Assembly: GCA_964014545.1 (NCBI GenBank)
Contig: CAXGZX010000001.1
Span: 9,279-73,278, forward strand
DNA length: 64,000 bases
Direction of reading: 5' to 3'
Source: an uncultured Candidatus Poseidoniales archaeon
GTDB taxonomy: Archaea > Thermoplasmatota > Poseidoniia > Poseidoniales > Poseidoniaceae
Shown: positions 26,494-34,902 of the stretch, piece by piece
Position numbering within the stretch: the first letter of the stretch is position 1
Layout of the letters: each line of letters opens with the position of its first letter
Position numbers and translations under genes: made by a program
Notes under the pieces: generated by a model
Database searches by the model: none
Told to the model about the DNA's origin: nothing
What the model saw: only the letters and a program-made list of their open reading frames with translations

Positions 26494-27594
26494 TCATTCC
26501 TCCTCATCGGCTATACCCACGATATTATCTACTGTGGGAAAAGAGTCTAAAACATCGCTTACCATTTGCGTTATATCTTCAATTTGTGTGATTAAGGTGA
26601 TGTCTTCCACAGTACCTGGCCTACCTAAACTCCACATCAATTCGTAAACCAATTCATTGGTCAGGCGGGTCAATTTCAAAACTTCTGGGTCTACTCCAAA
26701 AAGTTCATCCTCAGGCCTCAAGGCAACTAAATCTGGTTTTTCGTCCAAAACATCATCCATTATTTCCGCAACTTCATGTTCAAGAGACTCTGCTTGTTGC
26801 TCAAGAATATCTTCCATTGTGGTCATACCACCTTTGAGTTTGGTCGAACGAGCATTACCGCTACCCAATTTCTCACTCTTGGTGATTTCATTTAGGGTGG
26901 TAGAAGTTGCCTGATTGGATTGATTATTTTCAGCTTGCTCGGGATTACTAGGCAAAGAATTAGGGTCAACATCTTGAACTAGGTTGTTTAGGGCAATTCT
27001 AAGCATTGCAGCCATAGTTGAAGGGTCAAACATATCTTGTACTTCGATTCCTTCTTCATCCATTTGAACTAAGATTTCATCAATAAAACCCGGGTTGATT
27101 TTCTCTGGTCCAACCAAACCTTTCAACATAGGTAAGGCCCAAGTCGAGTCTCCCATGAGCATAGCAACATCAAAACTCCCTCCACCAGAATTTGGCCCTG
27201 CTACATCAGCAGGTGGTGGTACAAACTGCTTTCTTGCATGTTTGTTTAATTGCTGAATTAAAATGTTCATATCTATCGGTTTGGTTATCACTTCAGAAAT
27301 TCCGGCTTTGGCGGCTGATACCATGTATTCTTGACCTGAATTTCGAGACAGCACTACGATTCTGCACTTGAAAGCAAATTCAGGGTCTGCCATCAATCTT
27401 TGAGCTGCGTCAATTGCATCGCCAGATTTCCATTCTCCATCGATTAATACAACCTCTGGCATTGTTGCTAATGCCGTCCCCTCTGCTTGCCTAAGGGTTC
27501 CTGCCCTAGTGATTTCAAAGCCCTCACGCTCCAACGTGTTGGCAAGTAGGGTACGTCTACCTTCATTCTCGTCTGCAACGATAACCTTAGCCAG
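26494..27594 (-). CDS. CheY-like receiver-domain protein with a long acidic C-terminal region and no recognisable output domain. The start codon is non-canonical or missing.
   Basis: Receiver residues are present: the ADE acidic pocket, VVLIDGEW (phospho-Asp), VVLSRN and ITKP. The first ATG/GTG/TTG lies downstream of beta-strand 1. The in-frame upstream region reads (L)AKVIVADENEG starting at the CTG at 27594. The stop TAA is at 27607-27609. Confidence 0.6.
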   Translation of the reverse strand: MAKVIVADENEGRRTLLANTLEREGFEITRAGTLRQAEGTALATMPEVVLIDGEWKSGDAIDAAQRLMADPEFAFKCRIVVLSRNSGQEYMVSAAKAGISEVITKPIDMNILIQQLNKHARKQFVPPPADVAGPNSGGGSFDVAMLMGDSTWALPMLKGLVGPEKINPGFIDEILVQMDEEGIEVQDMFDPSTMAAMLRIALNNLVQDVDPNSLPSNPEQAENNQSNQATSTTLNEITKSEKLGSGNARSTKLKGGMTTMEDILEQQAESLEHEVAEIMDDVLDEKPDLVALRPEDELFGVDPEVLKLTRLTNELVYELMWSLGRPGTVEDITLITQIEDITQMVSDVLDSFPTVDNIVGIADEEE

Positions 27595-27707
27595 TTCAAG
27601 CCCCCCTTAAGTAAGGAAAACTAAGTCGGACATTTGAACCTCATGCTAAATTTTCTAGACAGAAGCCAAAATAACTAGACCTCATAAATTTTCGAATACT
27701 GCGGAAT

Positions 27708-28862
27708 TTACTCGACATCTGCGGGTAGAGCATTATTCCAAGCCATTATTCCACCATCTAAATTGTATAATTTATTACCATCATAACCCACATTCATCAA
27801 GTACATAGCTGCCATTTGAGACCTCATCCCACTACGACATAGCAATATTACATCACTATCTTTGGGAATTGAATCTACTTTTGACAATATGTCCTCATGA
27901 TTCACCTGCAGATCTGTGAAAGAGATGCGCATTTGAGAATATTCCATATCTGATCGGACATCGAGTAAAAATGGTTGCCATCCAGACTCTTTCCTACCCT
28001 TATACTCAGACATTGACAAGTGTTTGAACATAACACCTCCAGTGTTAATCGGTTCTTGAATATCTCCTTTTCCAGCAACGGCATTTTTGCACCACCCATT
28101 TTCCTCAAACATAGCTCTTACTTGATTTATGTCAACCTCGGGTGTCGCTGCATTTTTGGCATACTTTAGCGTTCTAAAGTCCATTGATTCCGCATCATAT
28201 AGCAATAGTCTGCCAGATAACGTTTCACCATTGCCGATTATGATTTTCAGCACCTCTGTAGCTTGTATTGAACCAATGACACCAGGTAAAACACCAAACA
28301 CTCCGCCTTCAGCACAAGAAGGTATTGAGTTACTAGGAGGTGGTTCGGGGAATAAATCACGGTAGCAAGGACCGTTGTTATAATTAAACAAACTTACCTG
28401 TCCTTCAAATCTATAGATTGAACCATAGACCCATGGGATGGAGTTAATTCTACACATATCATCGATTAAATAACGAGTTGGTATGTTATCAGTCCCATCT
28501 ACAACGATGTCATAATCAGAAAATATTTCTTTAGCATTATCAGGAGTTAGCCTTTGATTCCAAAACTCAACCTTGATAGTTGGGTTTAATTCCAAGACTC
28601 TGTTTTTTGCCGATTCTGCCTTACTTTGACCGAGTTTGGATTCAGCATGAATTACTTGTCTTTGAAGATTAGAGAGTTCAATATTATCGTCATCAATTAT
28701 ACCAATTTTACCAACACCAGCAGCAGCTAGGTAAAGTATAACCGGACTACCAAGGCCTCCAGCCCCAATAACCAACACCTTTGATTGAGATATTTTTTCT
28801 TGCCCCGCATGGCCAACACTGGGTAAGGAAATATGTCTAGCATATCTCTGCAAGTCGACCAT
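27708..28862 (-). CDS. MoeB/ThiF-family E1-like adenylyltransferase fused to a C-terminal rhodanese domain (MoeZ/UbaA-like).
   Basis: GAGGLGSP Rossmann motif, IDDDNIELSNLQRQ, and C-terminal rhodanese LLCRSGMRS. The longest ORF (to 28928) overlaps trxB. The Met at 28862 is the more likely start. Confidence 0.8.
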   Translation of the reverse strand: MVDLQRYARHISLPSVGHAGQEKISQSKVLVIGAGGLGSPVILYLAAAGVGKIGIIDDDNIELSNLQRQVIHAESKLGQSKAESAKNRVLELNPTIKVEFWNQRLTPDNAKEIFSDYDIVVDGTDNIPTRYLIDDMCRINSIPWVYGSIYRFEGQVSLFNYNNGPCYRDLFPEPPPSNSIPSCAEGGVFGVLPGVIGSIQATEVLKIIIGNGETLSGRLLLYDAESMDFRTLKYAKNAATPEVDINQVRAMFEENGWCKNAVAGKGDIQEPINTGGVMFKHLSMSEYKGRKESGWQPFLLDVRSDMEYSQMRISFTDLQVNHEDILSKVDSIPKDSDVILLCRSGMRSQMAAMYLMNVGYDGNKLYNLDGGIMAWNNALPADVE

Positions 28863-28903
28863 GCTTAGCCGAGGAAACTCTGATTCATCAATTAGAAGGT
28901 TGT

Positions 28904-29833
28904 TCAATGAACATATTCTTCCAGCCATTTTTCTGCATCCATGGCTGCCTGGCAGCCCATTCCAGCAGCAGTAATTGCTTGTTTATACCTGGTATCGACT
29001 ACGTCTCCTGCGGCAAACACTCCGTCAACAGAAGTCATAGTGTGTTGTTTGTGGACGATATATCCGTTCTCATCTGTTTCAATTTGTTCTCCAAGGAAAG
29101 CCGTTATCGGTTTGTGGCCAATCGCAATAAAGGCACCAGTGGCACTGATTTCTTCTAGTGAACCATCTCTTGGATCTTCAAGTATTGCGCCTGTTAAACC
29201 GTTTTCATCAGCCTTCCATTCTTTGACTTGACTAAATGTCTTAATTTCGATTTTATCATTATTGGCAGCTCTCTCATACATTATGGTACTGGCTTTGAAT
29301 ACATCCCGGCGGTGAATCAGTGTTACTTTAGATGCAAATCTGGTCAAGAAGGTAGCCTCTTCGCAGGCTGAATCGCCACCACCAATTACCAAAACCTCTT
29401 CATTTTTGAAAAATGCACCATCACAAGTAGCGCAAGTTGAGATTCCTCGACCTTTTTGTTCTGCTTCCCCAGGAGCATTAAGCCATATTGATTCTGCACC
29501 TGTTGAAATAATGATACTGTGAGTTAGAAATTCTTCTCCTTCAACAGTTACCTTGTAAGGTCGCTTAGACAAATCAACGGATTCTACATTGCGGTCTTGC
29601 ACCTCCAAACCAAACCTTTCGGCTTGAGAACGCAATTCCATCATCATTTCAGGACCGCCAATACCCTCTGGGTAGCCAGGAAAGTTTTCAATATCAGAAG
29701 TCAACATGAGTTGCCCACCAGACATGTAACCGGCGAACATCAAAGGGTCAAGCATGGCTCTAGCAGAATATAACCCCGCAGTATAACCTGCTGGCCCCGA
29801 ACCAATAATTACTACATTCCTAACCTCACTCAT
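28904..29833 (-). CDS. trxB: Thioredoxin reductase.
   Basis: VVIIGSGPAGYTAG FAD site, CATC redox motif (CATCDGAFF), and NADPH site VIGGGDSA. Confidence 0.9.
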   Translation of the reverse strand: MSEVRNVVIIGSGPAGYTAGLYSARAMLDPLMFAGYMSGGQLMLTSDIENFPGYPEGIGGPEMMMELRSQAERFGLEVQDRNVESVDLSKRPYKVTVEGEEFLTHSIIISTGAESIWLNAPGEAEQKGRGISTCATCDGAFFKNEEVLVIGGGDSACEEATFLTRFASKVTLIHRRDVFKASTIMYERAANNDKIEIKTFSQVKEWKADENGLTGAILEDPRDGSLEEISATGAFIAIGHKPITAFLGEQIETDENGYIVHKQHTMTSVDGVFAAGDVVDTRYKQAITAAGMGCQAAMDAEKWLEEYVH

Positions 29834-29911
29834 TATCTCACCGACAAGTCAAATAGGCAATAAGCACCTATTGAATCTTTACATCGTAAAATTATAATTT
29901 AGCCAGACGTT

Positions 29912-30313
29912 CTACAAATTATTCATAGTAACCACAGCATTGACTGCGGCTCTAGCATGAGGCTCTAATCTTGGTTCAATATGACGCTCCTCCGCGCCAG
30001 GACCAATAATTCCTAGGCCAATTGGTTTGTTAAATTCAAGTTGCAGTTCAATAATTGTTTGAATCACGCCGTGACCCATTGCTGCGCCGTGTTGGGTTTC
30101 ACCCTTTTCTATAATACCTAAACAGATTGCACCTTCAAGTTCAGCATTCTGTGTTAGTGCTCGTTTTAGTGCTAGGGGCACTTCCATTGAACCCGGTACC
30201 CACACGATTTCACTAATCTCTAGAGAATGCATAGCAGCTTCTTCTTTAGCATAATCTAACATCATTTCAATCTCAGTTTTGTGATATGAACCACAAACAG
30301 CAACTATTCCCAT
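29912..30313 (-). CDS. ribH: 6,7-dimethyl-8-ribityllumazine synthase family protein (lumazine synthase, or an archaeal-type riboflavin synthase paralogue).
   Basis: VPGSMEVPLA and GIIEKGETQHGAAMGHGV match the lumazine synthase core. 133 aa. Confidence 0.6.
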   Translation of the reverse strand: MGIVAVCGSYHKTEIEMMLDYAKEEAAMHSLEISEIVWVPGSMEVPLALKRALTQNAELEGAICLGIIEKGETQHGAAMGHGVIQTIIELQLEFNKPIGLGIIGPGAEERHIEPRLEPHARAAVNAVVTMNNL

Positions 30314-30921
30314 TATTCAACACCTCTGTCCTTCATCAATCGCTCAATCGTTTCTACGATTAATTGAGTATTACTATCAATTTCTAAATTTACTACATCA
30401 CCAATTTGTTTGGAACCAAGAGTGGTAAGACGAAGGGTTTCAGGAATTATATGAAGATGGAATATCCCATTCTCAACTTTTCCAACTGTCAATGAAATCC
30501 CGTCAATAGCGATGTAGCCTTTCTCTGTCAGATACTTGTGAGTGGATGGCGATGCTAGAATACTAAAGGTCATTTGATCTCCTGATTGGGCTCTAGAACT
30601 AATGATCCCAGTTGCCATTATGTGACCCGATAAGATGTGGCCGCCTATTTCATCACCAAATTTCAGTGAACGTTCAATATTTACCAGGCTTCCAACGGAC
30701 AAGTCTCCTAAATTTGTCCGATTTAACGTCTCAGTAATTATGTCAAACTTGACTTCCCCTCCATTAATGGAAACAACTGTCAAACATACCCCATTGATTG
30801 CTACACTAGCACCAATTTGTAAAGCCTCGACATTAGGTAAGTTAATACTGACTGAGGTCACTGTGTTAGATTCACTAACTGAAACAATTTCGGCAACTCC
30901 CTGTATTATTCCAGTAAACAT
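30313..30921 (-). CDS. ribE: Riboflavin synthase of bacterial/eukaryotic type (two lumazine-binding repeats).
   Basis: MFTGIIQG...INGVCLTV in repeat 1 and GHIMATG...IDGISLTV in repeat 2. Confidence 0.85.
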   Translation of the reverse strand: MFTGIIQGVAEIVSVSESNTVTSVSINLPNVEALQIGASVAINGVCLTVVSINGGEVKFDIITETLNRTNLGDLSVGSLVNIERSLKFGDEIGGHILSGHIMATGIISSRAQSGDQMTFSILASPSTHKYLTEKGYIAIDGISLTVGKVENGIFHLHIIPETLRLTTLGSKQIGDVVNLEIDSNTQLIVETIERLMKDRGVE

Positions 30922-30930
30922 GTTACAACC

Positions 30931-31380
30931 TCAGTCCTGATTTTGTGATAATTGTAAAATTCTAGCAATTATTTTCCTAGTGCCATCAAGGTCATCAGTC
31001 AAACCTTCAACCCTTGTGACTTTGATATTTTGATACCCTAGTTGAGCTAGCTTTTGTTTTATTGAATCCTCAGCATGTTCTTGATCATACCCTAGCGCAA
31101 TGACATCTGGATTGACAATCGGCAGGATTTCAAAGATGGAAACGTCGGGTGAATTACCAACAATTGCCTCATCGACTGGTTTCAAACCTTCCACCATTCT
31201 TCTACGAAGGTCGTGGTTGGTTACTGGTTCATGTTTTCGGATTCTAACTGTATCATCATGAGCAACTACAACCGTAAGGTGGGTACCTAGGCTTTTGGCT
31301 TGTTCAAGGTAATGCAAATGACCGGCATGAAGTAGGTCAAAAACTCCAACTGCCATAACCTTCATTGGATTCTCTCCCAT
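30931..31380 (-). CDS. ribL: Archaeal FAD synthetase (CTP-dependent FMN adenylyl/cytidylyltransferase RibL).
   Basis: VMAVGVFDLLHAGHLHYLEQAKSLG...VVVAHDDTVRIRK is the cytidylyltransferase HxGH-type motif. About 145 aa. The likely start is Met at 31365. Confidence 0.75.
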   Translation of the reverse strand: MGENPMKVMAVGVFDLLHAGHLHYLEQAKSLGTHLTVVVAHDDTVRIRKHEPVTNHDLRRRMVEGLKPVDEAIVGNSPDVSIFEILPIVNPDVIALGYDQEHAEDSIKQKLAQLGYQNIKVTRVEGLTDDLDGTRKIIARILQLSQNQD

Positions 31381-31415
31381 TTAGTCCAGTAACCCGCTAC
31401 TGATGATATTACCGA

Positions 31416-32168
31416 TTATTCCGCTTGATGAATTGCGCTGATGATTTCTGCACCTTCGAGAAAAGGAATGCCCCTTTGCTCTGCCCAAATTCTTGCCTCA
31501 CTTACCGAAAGTGCATGATCTCCATCTGGTTCCAACATTTCTGCACCGATGACAACTGGTGTCACATTAGATAATCTTGCTAATCCTACAGCCAATTCAG
31601 TATGACCTTGCCTTCTGAGTAAACCTCCTGCGGTTTCTCGACACACAGGTATGTGACCTGGAGTACGGAATTCTTTACCAAGTAATTGTTTAGCCGCTCG
31701 TGTGTCAATATTACCATAGAATATTTCCTTGGTTAATTCGGCAAATCTGCGGGTAGTTAATGCTCTATCCTTGTCGGTGATACCGGTATATGTTTCTCGG
31801 TGGTTCAGCGAAAGAGTAAACGCTGACCTAGCGTCATATCTTAGGTCATTTGTCACCAGATGAGATAACACTGCATATTCACTGGTTAGCGCTTGATTGG
31901 TGTGAAGGTCCTGCAGGAAAGGTAGTTCAAAACGCTCGCCAACCTCATCTCCGATAGCGAGGAATAACAGACCACCGCAATCTTTTCTCAATTGACGCAT
32001 TGTTTCTGGTTTTGCATACTCTGCGGCGAATAGTAAATCTGTTTCACCTTCTCGCTTTTCCGAGTCAAAAAGACAAACTGGCATGCCTTTTGCAAATGCT
32101 TTAATCGCCGCTTCTATGGAATTGCCCATGAGTGTTGGGTTGAGCAACTCATTGATGAAGTGTCGCAT
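31416..32168 (-). CDS. ribB: 3,4-dihydroxy-2-butanone 4-phosphate synthase.
   Basis: REGETDLLFAAEYA and the acidic active-site loop DSEKREGE. Monofunctional length (250 aa). Confidence 0.75.
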   Translation of the reverse strand: MRHFINELLNPTLMGNSIEAAIKAFAKGMPVCLFDSEKREGETDLLFAAEYAKPETMRQLRKDCGGLLFLAIGDEVGERFELPFLQDLHTNQALTSEYAVLSHLVTNDLRYDARSAFTLSLNHRETYTGITDKDRALTTRRFAELTKEIFYGNIDTRAAKQLLGKEFRTPGHIPVCRETAGGLLRRQGHTELAVGLARLSNVTPVVIGAEMLEPDGDHALSVSEARIWAEQRGIPFLEGAEIISAIHQAE

Positions 32169-32265
32169 ATCATCACAACATAGAAATTAGCAGAATTGAG
32201 GTTTTTTCTAATCATTTAACAGAAAGGTGTTATCATAGGGTGACCCTTGGCCTGTAACTGCGGGA

Positions 32266-33471
32266 GTGGGATGTATGCCAATTAAATTAGGACCTGCTGG
32301 AATTCCCTTGTCATGCAAAGGAAGAACCATCGTCGAGGGAATGGACGACATCATCTCACTTGGACTAGAGACAATGGAAGTTCAAACTGTGCGCATGATT
32401 GCTCCACAACACTTTGAACAGTACTGGCAAGCAGGTGTTTTGGCCAACAAAACTGAATTTGAAATGAATATTCACGGACCATACTACTCTGAACTATTAG
32501 GCGATAAAGTCGAAAGAGGTCGTTCGTTGACAAAAATAGAATCAACTCTACAGGCTGCTAAAACAATCAATGCAAGACACATTACTCTCCACGCTGGCCA
32601 TTACGGTGATATGGGCCGAGGCGTACAGGCTAACGAACAGTTGGCCAATATTTTTGCCGGAATTGTCGAAAGAGTCCACGAGATTTGGCATGATGATGAA
32701 GACATATATCCGGTATTTCCATGGCTTAAAGATGGAACTCCATCAAAGATCGGCATTGAAACTTCTGGAAGACAAGAATTATGGGGCAGCCTAGAAGAAG
32801 TCTTAGAGGTGGTAAATCACGTTGAAGGAACAGTTCCTGTCCTCAACATTGCTCACATTCACTCTAGAGGACATGGCAGCATGAGAACCTCGGAAGATTA
32901 TGGGGAAATGTTTGACCAAGTTAGAGAATCCATTGGGACAAAGGAATTTTATTGCCACTTTTCTGGTGTAGAGCACCGAACCGGTAACGCAATGCACTAC
33001 ACTCAAATAAAGAAATCAGACCTTAATTTTGAACCTCTTGCTGAATTTATTGTTGAAGAAGGTGGTTGGCTAGACATTACTTTGATTTCAGACTCTCCGC
33101 TGCTAGAACATGATGCAATGTACATGTTACAAAACATCGAAAAGGCAAGACACAAGCAATTAGAGCGCAAAGCAAGAGAAGACCGTAGAAGAAGCCTAGC
33201 AGCCCAAACCGGTCGTTCTACTGAAGAGATTGCGGCAAGAGAATTAGAAATCGCAAATGCAAGGCAACAAGCCCCAGAACCAACCCCTGAAGTGGCAAAA
33301 GTTGTTGAACCTGCAAAACCAGTAGAAACGAAACCTGCTAAAGCAGAAAAGAAACCTGCTTCCAAGGCAAAAAAAGCTAGTAAGTCTGCTAAGAAACCTG
33401 CAACAAAGGAAGATAAGAAGGCCGATGCTGATGTCTTTGATTTCGAAGAAGAAGATGAAGATCTTTTCTGA
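32266..33471 (+). CDS. AP endonuclease family 2 / endonuclease IV-like TIM-barrel protein with a ~110-aa Lys/Ala/Pro-rich (histone H1-like) C-terminal tail.
   Basis: HGPYYSEL (cf. Nfo HAPYLINL), TLHAGHYG, IGIETSG and LNIAHIHSRGHG metal-ligand blocks. The tail reads PEPTPEVAKVVEPAKPVETKPAKAEKKPASKAKKASKSAKKPATKEDKK, followed by an acidic end DFEEEDEDLF. Confidence 0.6.
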   Translation: MGCMPIKLGPAGIPLSCKGRTIVEGMDDIISLGLETMEVQTVRMIAPQHFEQYWQAGVLANKTEFEMNIHGPYYSELLGDKVERGRSLTKIESTLQAAKTINARHITLHAGHYGDMGRGVQANEQLANIFAGIVERVHEIWHDDEDIYPVFPWLKDGTPSKIGIETSGRQELWGSLEEVLEVVNHVEGTVPVLNIAHIHSRGHGSMRTSEDYGEMFDQVRESIGTKEFYCHFSGVEHRTGNAMHYTQIKKSDLNFEPLAEFIVEEGGWLDITLISDSPLLEHDAMYMLQNIEKARHKQLERKAREDRRRSLAAQTGRSTEEIAARELEIANARQQAPEPTPEVAKVVEPAKPVETKPAKAEKKPASKAKKASKSAKKPATKEDKKADADVFDFEEEDEDLF

Positions 33472-33557
33472 CCTCGTAATTTTCTAGACATAAGCAAAAC
33501 CATATTTTTCTCGCATATCATCGGTAACTAACATAAGCGCGATACAAAACGCAAGTT

Positions 33558-34565
33558 TTGGTCATCATGGCACACATCGCGATTCTTGGTCTTGGAAATT
33601 GGGGTACTGCGGTCGCAAGAATGTGGCTTTTGGAAGGTCACAAAGTGAAAGGCTGGACAATTGAACAAGAAGTCTATGAGTCTATTACCATGGACGGAAT
33701 CAACAAAAAGTACCTGCCAGACCATTCTGTAGAAGGATTAGAAGCAACTATGCGAATAGAAGAGGCACTTGATGGCGTAGAAATTGTCGTTCTTGCTGTG
33801 CCTTCTTCAGTGATACTAGACGTGGTTGATGACATAATACCCCATCTAAGACCTGGGCATGTTCTCATTGACTTGGCAAAAGGTCTTGCACCAGGAAAGC
33901 GGCTAATTTCTGAGGCTATTAACGAGAAATTAGTGGCGGCAAAAAAGAGTAACACATTGGCCGTGGTTACCGGTCCAACTATTGCCCCTGAAGCTGCTGG
34001 TGGAGTAATAACCACCGCACTTGTTGCTAGCGAGGATGAATCTGTAGCAAAGCGTCTTGCTGAAACCCTAACCACACAGACGTTCATTCTTCACTCGGCA
34101 TCAGATCCTGTTGGTGCAGAACTCTGGGGTGCATTCAAGAATGTCATAGCCCTAACTTGTGGACTTGTTGACGGCCTCAAAAAGATTGGAAGTTTAGGCG
34201 GTGACAACCTCAAAGCCGCGATTTTCATGGCTGGTTTCAAAGAAGGATGCTTATTATTACCGCAACTTGGAGCTAAGGCTGAGGTTGCCTTTGGTCCGGC
34301 GGGACTTGGCGATTTGTATGTTACCGCAACTTCCCCATACGGCCGAAATAGACGAATGGGTGAAAAATTAGGCACTGGTTTAACCGTTGATGAAGCATTA
34401 GCAGAGATGACTATGGTTGCCGAAGGCGTTAGAGCAGCACGAATGTTCATTCGAAGAGCTGAGGACGAAAGTATCGAAGTTCCGTTTACCACAGCAATCA
34501 ATACTTTACTTGATGGCGAAATCGATGCAGAAGAATGCTGCAGAAGAATCGTTGGCCTAAATTGA
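33558..34565 (+). CDS. gpsA: NAD(P)H-dependent glycerol-3-phosphate dehydrogenase.
   Basis: IAILGLGNWGTAVA Rossmann motif, an internal catalytic Lys region, and a length and order colinear with bacterial GpsA. The likely start is Met at 33570. Confidence 0.85.
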   Translation: MVIMAHIAILGLGNWGTAVARMWLLEGHKVKGWTIEQEVYESITMDGINKKYLPDHSVEGLEATMRIEEALDGVEIVVLAVPSSVILDVVDDIIPHLRPGHVLIDLAKGLAPGKRLISEAINEKLVAAKKSNTLAVVTGPTIAPEAAGGVITTALVASEDESVAKRLAETLTTQTFILHSASDPVGAELWGAFKNVIALTCGLVDGLKKIGSLGGDNLKAAIFMAGFKEGCLLLPQLGAKAEVAFGPAGLGDLYVTATSPYGRNRRMGEKLGTGLTVDEALAEMTMVAEGVRAARMFIRRAEDESIEVPFTTAINTLLDGEIDAEECCRRIVGLN

Positions 34566-34614
34566 CCGCTTTTTGAGTCGGTGTTGTTTTGTATATCATC
34601 ACCATCAGGGTATC

Positions 34615-34830
34615 ATGGCGGATGATTTGACCGAACTTGAAGCGAGACTCTTTGAGTGGATTAGACAATCTGATTTCGATACTATGCCATGGTCTACTGC
34701 AAGCGCAGCAAAGGCGTTTAAAGTAAAAAAGGACGAAATATATGAAGCAGTGGCCGCTTTGACAAGAAAGGTTCCTGAAAGAATTCAAGTATTCTACAAA
34801 GAAGGCTCGGTTCACATCGCCGCCGAGTGA
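34615..34830 (+). CDS. Small hypothetical protein (~72 aa).
   Basis: The ORF is open from 34573. The Met at 34615 (MADDLTELEARL...) is the likely start. No recognisable motif. Confidence 0.35.
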   Translation: MADDLTELEARLFEWIRQSDFDTMPWSTASAAKAFKVKKDEIYEAVAALTRKVPERIQVFYKEGSVHIAAE

Positions 34831-34844
34831 TTGTTTAGTGAAAG

Positions 34845-34860
34845 TTTAGGATGTCCTAAA
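34845..34860. promoter_or_regulatory. Inverted repeat TTTAGGA-tg-TCCTAAA located ~43 nt upstream of the PhnD-like gene. It is a candidate operator.
   Basis: Seen directly. 7-bp perfect arms. It has the TTAGG...CCTAA character of DtxR-type boxes. Confidence 0.3.
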
Positions 34861-34902
34861 TTATATTAACAAGCAGTTTTAGGGCAACCTCAAGGTGATT
34901 GT

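Noticed and set aside
33003-34501. Minus-strand ORFs 33003-33521 (172 aa), 33674-34087 and 34091-34501.
   Set aside because: They are antisense to the EndoIV-like gene's lysine-rich tail (giving an S/A-rich artefact) and to gpsA. The plus-strand genes have clear family motifs.
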